DNA from: Dehalococcoidia bacterium
Lineage (GTDB): Bacteria > Chloroflexota > Dehalococcoidia > Lucifugimonadales > UBA3495
Assembly: GCA_963422635.1 (NCBI GenBank)
Contig: OY730415.1
Location: forward strand, 433,231-497,230
Length of the DNA: 64,000 nucleotides
Direction: 5' to 3'
The notes under the pieces were generated by a model, which saw only the letters and a program-made list of their open reading frames with translations, made no database searches and had not been told where the DNA came from. A program made the position numbers and the translations under genes. The stretch's first letter is position 1. Every line of letters starts with the position of its first letter. Below are positions 57,105 through 64,000 of the stretch, one piece after another.

Positions 57105-58109
57105 CTAGTTCTCATTGAGAGAGACGTCAAAGACGGAGCCGGTGGCCGGCTCATCCAGCGAGCTGGATGTGATATGTTGGTACGCTTCTGGAATGACGTC
57201 AGCGTTGGCGTTGAATTTGAAGTAGCTAGAAGACGCCAACCCGATGCTGCTCCCAATTATCAAAGAGCATAACGTCAGCAAGACCGGAAACCCTCCCGTT
57301 CTTAGTTTCAGGGCGCTAAATGGCGCGACTATCCGGAGCCGCGCCGGTTCTTGCGCCAGTAATAATTCCCCCGCATAGAAAAGGCATACGACGCCCAGCA
57401 AATACTCGCGCACTTCGTAAACACTATTACCATAGTCGGTATTAGGACCGTTAACATACGCGAGAACCAGAACGAGGGCTATAGCTGAAGCGATGGCCAA
57501 GCCCAATTTGGCCTGCTGGGAAACCAGCGCATAGATGAACAAAAACAGAAGCAGGAATTGTTCGTTATAAAAATAGAGCCACCGGATGTCATTCAGGTTC
57601 CCTTCTCGCTGGGATAGCATCAATATAAAGCCCAGCATCAGCAGGATTGACGGCAACGGAATCCCGAAGAGGCGGTCTTTCCGGCATAAAAAAGCTGCTC
57701 CGGTTACCGTACATAGCAGCGGCGCCCCATAACTGTAGATGTTCCCAAATGTTCTCGTGCTGATATTGTGAACATTCAATTCGTCCTGGGAGTTCAGGCC
57801 AACCAGAAAGTCGGGCGTCGCCAGGCCGAATATGCGCTGCCCCCAACTGATTTCTTAGCCGGCGACGAACACCAGCGCAATACCGCCCAGAACATAAATC
57901 CAGCGCCGGGGAAAATTGCGCTCCGCCAGCGCCGTGATCCATAGCAGAATGCCCGCCAGTAGAAACCAGACCACGGTAAGGTTCTCTACCCAGTTGTCTT
58001 CCTGGGTCAGTGTAGTGTAGAGCGCTGGGGCGGTAACGGCGAGATAGGCAAAGAAGAATACGTTAAGGGACAGAAGGAAGTAGCTGAGGACGCCAACTTC
58101 ACTTTCCAA
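57105..58109 (-). pseudogene. polytopic membrane protein gene interrupted by one in-frame TAA
   Basis: Track ORFs 57855..58109 and 57105..57779 are in the same frame. Read-through gives ...LVFVAG*EISWGQRIFGLATPDFLVGLNSQDELNVHNIS.... About 43-45% GC. Confidence 0.5.
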
Positions 58110-58121
58110 CCCTTTTTTTGC

Positions 58122-58138
58122 GGGGGGGGGGGGGGGGG
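58122..58138. repeat. homopolymer G17 (C17 on the gene strand) preceded by T7
   Basis: TTTTTTTGC followed by G x17 at 58113-58138, 13-29 nt upstream of the TTG start (58109) of the membrane gene. Confidence 0.95.
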
Positions 58139-58238
58139 TAGTTCATATTGAGGATGGCCGTTGCTTATATTTAGCTATGGCGCCTTCCGGACAGCTCAAC
58201 TTGGCCTTCAACACGAAGGTTCTTGCCTTTGTATAGCT

Positions 58239-58314
58239 TGGTGGAGCTGGGGGGACTCGAACCCCCTACCTCTTCAATGCCATTGAAGCGCTCTCCCAGC
58301 TGAGCTACAGCCCC
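58239..58314 (-). tRNA. tRNA-Ala (anticodon GGC), CCA encoded
   Basis: GGGGCTGTAGCTCAGCTGGGAGAGCGCTTCAATGGCATTGAAGAGGTAGGGGGTTCGAGTCCCCCCAGCTCCACCA folds as a cloverleaf. Anticodon loop AT-GGC-AT, and the G3:U70 alanine identity pair is present. Confidence 0.9.
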
Positions 58315-58495
58315 ACAAAAAACGGCGGCGCCCAAAGACGCCCATAGAGTATAGCAAAACCCGACAGCGGTTGCAACCGAATTTGGCGCCAAACGGCCCG
58401 TCAATCACCCGCGTAGCTATATCCGGCGCCCCCAGCATAACTACGACCCCGGTAGCATCAACTTCTGCGGCGCCGCTACTTGAAAAATACCGCCT

Positions 58496-59815
58496 TCACT
58501 CCATCGCCGCATCTCCGGCGCCGGCGGGCATTTCTATATCTCGCACCTCTCGCCGCAACCCCACTGCCAAAGTGAGCAAAGCCATCAAGGCGCCGGAACC
58601 GACAAAAACCCCCTCCAAGCTCAATCTAAGCAAAGCTCCAGCGACCACATGGGAAATCGGCCCCAAACCAATGGAGGCTACCATCAACAAGCTCATCACT
58701 CGTCCCATCATCCGTTGCGGCGTACGCCATTGCAGCCAAGTAGTAAACATCGTGTCGGTGTAACCGCCGGCCACGCCAATAATCAAGGACAAGACGGCCC
58801 CGAAGCCCACTGAGGTCAGAAAGCCGAAGGGCATTATCAAAATACCCGTTAGAGTGAAGAGGGCGATTAAAATCAGCCCGAAGCCTCGCCGGGGCGCCGC
58901 CAGGGTCCCGGCCAGCAACGAACCTAGCAGCATACCTCCGGAATGAACACCGTATATAACGCCCACGGCCAGCGCTCCTTCCGCCAGCTTGGTGTTGGCC
59001 AAAACGGGGATCCCAACAATTACTACCCCTTCCACCAGCAGCTCTATACCCGCTATCAGCAAGAAAAGAGTAAACATTGCCGTATCGGCCCGGACAAATC
59101 TAATACCCTGAACAATAGAGCGCAAGATGCCGGCATCCTGAAACGACGTCTCCTCCGTCCCTTTCCCCGATTCATCAAGCCGCACCCAAGCCAGCAATAC
59201 TGCGGAAAACAGGAAAGCGCAGCTAACGGCGGCGAAGGCCAGTCCGACACCGGTAAGGCTGCCGCCGACCATCGCCGAGCCGCCGCTGTCGCTGAAGAAG
59301 GCGATCAACCCACCCGCCAAAGCCGGGCCAACGAAACCGCTCAGCTCCATTGTGGTATGAATCACGGCATTAGCCTGACGCAACCTTGCAGCCGGTACAA
59401 TACGAGGCAGCATCGCTCCCTGAGACGGAAAGTAAAAGGCGTCGGCAATTCCCTTGAGCAAGGCAAAGGGATAGACCAGCCACAATTGGACCTGACCGGT
59501 CAGAATCAGCGCAGCCAGAGCGGCGCTCAATAACAAACGCGCCCCGTTGCTGCCCAGCATAATCATTCGGGGCGAAAACCGGTCAACCAGCGACCCGCCC
59601 AACAGCATAAAAAATACCGTGGGACTGGCGCTGACCGCGATGACCGTCCCAGCCGCCAAGGGATCCCCGGTAAGCAACAGCGCCAACCAGGGAAAAGCAA
59701 TCAAGTCGAATTGGTCGCCTACCGACGACAGCCCGCCGGCGCCCCAGAACCGCCGAAAGTTGGGGGTATGAAAGAGTTCCAGAAAAATGTTTTCGCGGCG
59801 CGCTGCCGGTTTCAT
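58496..59815 (-). CDS. MFS transporter
   Basis: 439 aa with about 12 hydrophobic helices. The GGSLVDRFSPR loop is typical of the MFS motif A region. Confidence 0.85.
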   Translation of the reverse strand: MKPAARRENIFLELFHTPNFRRFWGAGGLSSVGDQFDLIAFPWLALLLTGDPLAAGTVIAVSASPTVFFMLLGGSLVDRFSPRMIMLGSNGARLLLSAALAALILTGQVQLWLVYPFALLKGIADAFYFPSQGAMLPRIVPAARLRQANAVIHTTMELSGFVGPALAGGLIAFFSDSGGSAMVGGSLTGVGLAFAAVSCAFLFSAVLLAWVRLDESGKGTEETSFQDAGILRSIVQGIRFVRADTAMFTLFLLIAGIELLVEGVVIVGIPVLANTKLAEGALAVGVIYGVHSGGMLLGSLLAGTLAAPRRGFGLILIALFTLTGILIMPFGFLTSVGFGAVLSLIIGVAGGYTDTMFTTWLQWRTPQRMMGRVMSLLMVASIGLGPISHVVAGALLRLSLEGVFVGSGALMALLTLAVGLRREVRDIEMPAGAGDAAME

Positions 59816-59917
59816 ATCGCCAATTCACTAAATCGGGATGGCGCCTGAAGAGCGGCAAAAGCCCAGCGGTCGCTGCCGCCGGGCTTTTGGACCATTTTGC
59901 CCAAATCGAAAATACGG

Positions 59918-60835
59918 CTAACTCTGACGCACAAACTTCACTACCGTCCGGCCCTGGCTGCCCTCATAAGGTTCCACCACATACAAATCCTTGTGCGAGT
60001 CCACCCAGATACCGTGGCAGGAGCGGTGGGTCATTGAACCCCACTGGGTCAGCAGTTCTCCGTCCAGATTCAGGATACTCACCAAGCCCCCGTTGTGTTC
60101 CGCCACGTACACGATGTCCTCGTCGTCCACGTAGATTACCGCCGGGCCAATCAACTTGGTGGGAAAGTCGGTGATATGCTCGCCCTCCTGGTCAAACACC
60201 TGGATGCGGTCATTCTCCCGGTCAGCGATAAGCAGGCGAGCTTTGCGGTCAATCCAGGCGCCGTGAGGCAAGTTGAACTGGCCTGGAGCCGAGCCTGGGC
60301 CACCCCAGGACTTGATGAGCTGCCCGTCAGCGGTGAACTTGTGAACCCGGGCGTTGGCATAGCCGTCGGCAATAAATATCTCTCCAACGTCATTGACTGC
60401 AATTCCGGCGGGCAGATTAAAGGGTTCCGCGCCCCGCACCACATCGGGCCAGGCGTTGGAACTAAACACGCTGTTATCCACCCCGGTATCGGAGCGGTAA
60501 CCCTTGGCGCCAATGGTCATCAGCAGTTCCCCCTCGGGAGTAAACTTCATAATCTGGCCGTCGTTCCGCTCGACTAACCAGACATTATCTTCAGAATCAA
60601 TTATGATGGCATGGGGAAACAGAAACAGCCCAGCGCCCCAAGAGTTAAGATAATTGCCTTCCCGGTCGAAGATGACCACCGGATGGTCCGGGTCGCGGTT
60701 AAAGCAATAAACCCGATCTTGGGAATCACCGTAAACGGCGGCGGCCGGCATCGCCCAGCCTTCGGGCAGCTTGGCCCAATCAGTATTCATCTCGTAAGTA
60801 TATTGGCCGCTGCCGACAATAGCTTTAGTAGTCAA
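59918..60835 (-). CDS. NHL-repeat six-bladed beta-propeller protein
   Basis: Repeated blades of the type F..PHG..VD....VYV.D..N.RI..F (LFPHAIIIDSEDNVWLVERNDGQIMKF, FNLPHGAWIDRKARLLIADRENDRIQVF). Confidence 0.75.
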   Translation of the reverse strand: MTTKAIVGSGQYTYEMNTDWAKLPEGWAMPAAAVYGDSQDRVYCFNRDPDHPVVIFDREGNYLNSWGAGLFLFPHAIIIDSEDNVWLVERNDGQIMKFTPEGELLMTIGAKGYRSDTGVDNSVFSSNAWPDVVRGAEPFNLPAGIAVNDVGEIFIADGYANARVHKFTADGQLIKSWGGPGSAPGQFNLPHGAWIDRKARLLIADRENDRIQVFDQEGEHITDFPTKLIGPAVIYVDDEDIVYVAEHNGGLVSILNLDGELLTQWGSMTHRSCHGIWVDSHKDLYVVEPYEGSQGRTVVKFVRQS

Positions 60836-61092
60836 GGATGACCTCCTCTTGCATCAGATATGGATAACCCTATTTCGTCCCTGATTATGACGAGTATGCC
60901 CGGCAAGGTCAAATGTAAAGCGGAGGTGGCCGAGCAATCGCATCTAAATTAGGGCTACGCTTGGGAAGATGCTGACCGACAGGAACGCCAAAGATTAAGC
61001 CGCGATTGACCTACATCTGCCCCAAATTGACAGATTTGGAGTCGGTGGATAGGATAAGATAAACACCCAGGCCACAAAGTTAAGGAGGGCTT

Positions 61093-61893
61093 ATGTTTGT
61101 CCGCAGGGACTTGACCGACAGCGTGCCGACCCGGGAAGGCAACATGCACTACGTAAGACAAGGGGCCGGCTTTCCCCTGGTGATGCTGCACCCTCTAGGC
61201 GCCTCCGCCTGGGCTTGGCATACGGTAATCGACTCGCTGAGCCAGCATTATACCTGCTACGCCTTTGATATGCTCGGCCACGGCGCCTCGGATAAGCCAA
61301 CGCGCCACTTCAACATTCCCGACTACGCCCGCGCCCTGGACGACGCTTGCCAACTGCTCAACATCCACCGGGGCCATTACGTCGGCAACTCAGTAGGCGC
61401 CTGCCTAGCTACCGAAATGGCCGCCAGCTACCCGGAGCGGGTGGACAAGCTGGCCCTGGTAGGCTGCCCGCTATGGAACCCTTGGGGCGGCAACCAACGA
61501 GTTGCGGACGCCGCCGGCGATTATGATGAGCAAGGCTACCCCCAACCGCGCACCCTGGAGCAGCTGAAGGAACGCGCTACTTTCGCCAACCCGCAGCAGG
61601 AGTGGGTGGAAGCCACCAACCGGACCCGGGAACAGGCCGGCGAGTGGGTGCGCAACCTGCACCAATCCCTTTCCTACTACGACATCCTGTCCCGCCTGCC
61701 CCAAATTAAAGCGTCCTCCACCCTGGTAATGTACGGGGAAAAAGATATGTTGCGAGACGGAGAAGAACTGCTCCACAACAATATCGTCAACGCCAGCAAA
61801 ACCATCCTGCCCGGGCTCGGCCACATCCCGCAAATAGAAGACCCGGAAGCCTTCATCGGCGCCCTGCTATCCTTCCTTCAACCGCAGGATTAG
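61093..61893 (+). CDS. alpha/beta hydrolase
   Basis: PLVMLHPLGAS, nucleophile elbow GNSVGA, and C-terminal GHIPQIEDPEAF. Confidence 0.8.
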   Translation: MFVRRDLTDSVPTREGNMHYVRQGAGFPLVMLHPLGASAWAWHTVIDSLSQHYTCYAFDMLGHGASDKPTRHFNIPDYARALDDACQLLNIHRGHYVGNSVGACLATEMAASYPERVDKLALVGCPLWNPWGGNQRVADAAGDYDEQGYPQPRTLEQLKERATFANPQQEWVEATNRTREQAGEWVRNLHQSLSYYDILSRLPQIKASSTLVMYGEKDMLRDGEELLHNNIVNASKTILPGLGHIPQIEDPEAFIGALLSFLQPQD

Positions 61894-61923
61894 CCCGGCC
61901 GGCAATGGCGGAGCAAGGAGAAA

Positions 61924-62844
61924 TTGGACTTGGTTAAGGGACGCTATCCGCTGCGGTTGCTGGAAACCTTTCGCACCATCTTTTATACGCCCATCTATGT
62001 AACCCTCACCGGGGGTTACCTCGAGTCGGCGGGACTGGACGTGGACTTTGCCACCTGCCCCACCCGATTTCCCCACCCGCTCAGCGCCCTGAATCACGGA
62101 GCGGCAGACATTGTGCAAAGCGGCATTATGCGGTCAATCATCGCCGCCGATTGGGGCGCAGAAACGACGCCGCGCCACTTCGCCGAGATAAACAGCCGAG
62201 ACGGGTTCTTTGTGCTGGGCCAACCGCCGGCGGAGACGTTTCGCTGGAAAAATTTTGAGGACTCCCGCATCATCCCAGTAGGTTTCTCCCCGATGCCTTG
62301 GGCTTCTTTCCGGTTCGCCTTGCGCAACCACGGGGTTGCCCTCGATCGGCTTACCCTCCTGCCGGAATTGGGCCTGACCGAGGCCATAGACGCCTTTCGC
62401 AACGGCCAGGCCGACTTCATTCACTTGCCCCAGCCGGCAACGGAGCAACTGTTGGCCGAGGGAGCCAGCTATTTAGCCCTGGCCCTGGGGCCAGTAAACG
62501 GACATATCGCCTACAGTTCCTTCGCCGCCACCAACGCCTTTCTGCAATCCCATCCCGACTTGGCGCAGCGGTTCACGCAAGGCTACGCCAAAGCTTTGGA
62601 CTGGTTAGCCACCGCTCCGACCGATGAGATAAACCGGGCGGTGGCGCCCTTCTTCCCCAACAGCGACCCGGAGCTAATCACCCGCTCCCTAGCCCGCTAC
62701 CAAAGCCAGCGCACCTGGCCGACTACCCCCCGCCTGGGCCGCCCGCAATACGAAGGCTTGCAGAACATCCTGATGGACGCCGGGCTGGTTAAGGAACGGC
62801 AGGCGTATGAAAAAGTAGTAACCACCGAGTTTACGGCCGGGTAG
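61924..62844 (+). CDS. NMT1/THI5-like (NitT/TauT-type) substrate-binding-like protein
   Basis: FYTPIYVTLTGGYLESAGLDVDF and a periplasmic-binding-like fold pattern. No signal peptide seen. TTG start. Confidence 0.5.
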   Translation: MDLVKGRYPLRLLETFRTIFYTPIYVTLTGGYLESAGLDVDFATCPTRFPHPLSALNHGAADIVQSGIMRSIIAADWGAETTPRHFAEINSRDGFFVLGQPPAETFRWKNFEDSRIIPVGFSPMPWASFRFALRNHGVALDRLTLLPELGLTEAIDAFRNGQADFIHLPQPATEQLLAEGASYLALALGPVNGHIAYSSFAATNAFLQSHPDLAQRFTQGYAKALDWLATAPTDEINRAVAPFFPNSDPELITRSLARYQSQRTWPTTPRLGRPQYEGLQNILMDAGLVKERQAYEKVVTTEFTAG

Positions 62845-62855
62845 AGGAGTTAAAT

Positions 62856-63818
62856 CTACGGAGAAATGCTTGCTTCCGACAAACGCTGCAAGAATTTCTG
62901 GCCGATTTTTTCAGGGTCATCTTTCAAGTCTAGCGACTTAATCAGGTTCCCAATTTTCCCCGCCTCTACCATAGCGCTCATATAATGCCATTGCTTACTA
63001 ATCAAGGTTGCCAATAATTTCTGCAGTTCCTCAATATCATCTATTCGCAAAAACCCGCCCGTGCTTTTGGGATTACGTTTGCCTGGTGATTCCTTTGGTT
63101 CTACCACCAGCGGATTTGGAGTTAGTGAAATCCATTTCTGAATCAGACCGGAACTAACTGTCTTATCAATGTTGGCTCGATATCCGGTGGGCGGCGGCGT
63201 GTTTCCGATAACTATAAAGGGAACCTTTTCACTCCCTGTGTAACTTCGGGTTATCGTTGCTTTCCCTATAGCTTTTAATATGCTGTCCGTTCTTAATATG
63301 CTAGGCCGACCGAAATGTCTATCATAATCTGCGGTCGGTCTGGTCATATCTCTCTCATGCCAGTTCCATATAAAGGACATCTTGACCTCAAACAAGCACT
63401 TTATGATATTGGCAGACACCGGGCCATCCATATTTTGGGTCAAAATCGCCAAATCGGCTCCGCTGTTTCCTTTAAGGCCCAACTCAGGACAAATTACTCC
63501 CCGCTTGACGAACATTTTGGGGAACAATTGAGGGGGCAATTCTTTAATCGCAGAACTCAAAAGATTCAGTGCGAAATTTTCCGTCTTGTTAGCAACTACA
63601 GCATTACGACCGTTCATGGTAGTTACCACAAGGTTGCCGCCACACTTAGGACAGTCTCCGGATTTTCCTCTAAAAAACGCCTTCTCAGAAAACCCGCATT
63701 GCTTCTTACAGTAGATCGTTGCCAGCATGGAATCTTCGACCATCACCTGTTCAACTTCGGCGCTCCAAAGCGATTGCTTGCTAGGGCTGCCTAAAATGGC
63801 TGATGATTTATCGACCAT
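62856..63818 (-). CDS. putative restriction endonuclease with an N-terminal zinc ribbon, R-M system 2
   Basis: CKKQCG...CPKCGG ribbon. Candidate PD-(D/E)xK GADLAIL...FEVKMS. ATG 63818 overlaps the MTase stop (alternative ATG 63842). About 45% GC. Confidence 0.5.
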   Translation of the reverse strand: MVDKSSAILGSPSKQSLWSAEVEQVMVEDSMLATIYCKKQCGFSEKAFFRGKSGDCPKCGGNLVVTTMNGRNAVVANKTENFALNLLSSAIKELPPQLFPKMFVKRGVICPELGLKGNSGADLAILTQNMDGPVSANIIKCLFEVKMSFIWNWHERDMTRPTADYDRHFGRPSILRTDSILKAIGKATITRSYTGSEKVPFIVIGNTPPPTGYRANIDKTVSSGLIQKWISLTPNPLVVEPKESPGKRNPKSTGGFLRIDDIEELQKLLATLISKQWHYMSAMVEAGKIGNLIKSLDLKDDPEKIGQKFLQRLSEASISP

Positions 63819-64000
63819 AGACGCCACTGCGCCTTTCCGCAATCACCAGCCCATCCGACCCGGTGCGGATATATCGGAGCAGCGGCTTGGTCTCCGCCGC
63901 CAACCGACGTTGCGCCAAGGCCCGATACTCGGCGGATATCTCATAGCCCACAAACCGGCGGCCCGTTTTCAGTGCGGCCAAGGCGGTGGCGCCACTACCC
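63808..64000 (-). CDS. DNA methyltransferase, C-terminal end (partial, runs off the window), R-M system 2
   Basis: GSGATALAALKTGRRFVGYEISAEYRALAQRRL is the motif I region and tail of an N6/N4 MTase. Stop at 63808-63810. Confidence 0.7.
   Translation of the reverse strand, partial: GSGATALAALKTGRRFVGYEISAEYRALAQRRLAAETKPLLRYIRTGSDGLVIAERRSGVYGR

Noticed and set aside
56487-58238. Calling the tRNA-Ala-adjacent low-GC segment a genomic island or mobile element.
   Set aside because: No integrase, transposase or duplicated tRNA 3' end (att) was found. Only composition and gene decay support it, so it is reported as a finding, not as a mobile_element feature.

Overview
High-GC (about 60-63% by eye) bacterial chromosomal segment. 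No rRNA, CRISPR array, transposase, integrase or reverse transcriptase was recognised.

Core content is aerobic heterotroph metabolism:
- a complete form-II-type molybdenum hydroxylase set, coxS-coxL-coxM (9.2-13.1 kb, minus strand);
- a second set, coxS-coxM-coxG, with no large subunit (38.5-40.4 kb);
- a family III CoA-transferase, a DUF35/thiolase pair, scoA, MmgE/PrpD, a crotonase and SDRs;
- glcD-glcE-glcF glycolate oxidase beside an AGXT-type aminotransferase;
- trpC-trpF-trpB, thrC, ispH, prs, surE and one tRNA-Ala(GGC).

The paralog-rich catabolic repertoire is reminiscent of Chloroflexota-like genomes. That is a weak inference only.

Short low-GC islets carrying defence or toxin-type genes are scattered through this backbone:
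- a fused MNT-HEPN protein;
- two PaREP1-like (HEPN-type) paralogs, one beside a DarT/Tpt1-like (DUF7002-like) protein and one coupled to a frameshifted methyltransferase-Mrr fusion;
- a truncated SPPY methyltransferase;
- two apparently intact R-M pairs (48.0-49.9 kb, and 62.9 kb to the window end);
- an ABC-type ATPase + DUF4276 pair fused onto the end of the large-subunit-less cox operon;
- a DUF2779 nuclease;
- an Rnl5-like RNA ligase next to a highly structured spacer.

The best candidates for something undescribed are:
1. the ATPase-DUF4276 module riding on a metabolic operon;
2. the DUF7002-like / PaREP1 / decayed-MNT locus;
3. the PaREP1 plus MTase-Mrr operon, with a low-GC target-recognition cassette;
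4. three repeat-insert-repeat units of about 61 bp, whose precise removal restores reading frames.

All recognised gene disruptions fall in accessory genes. A poly-G17 tract and the constant ~61-nt unit size mean assembly artefacts must be excluded before any biological reading. All family assignments come from motif recognition by eye, and no searches were run.
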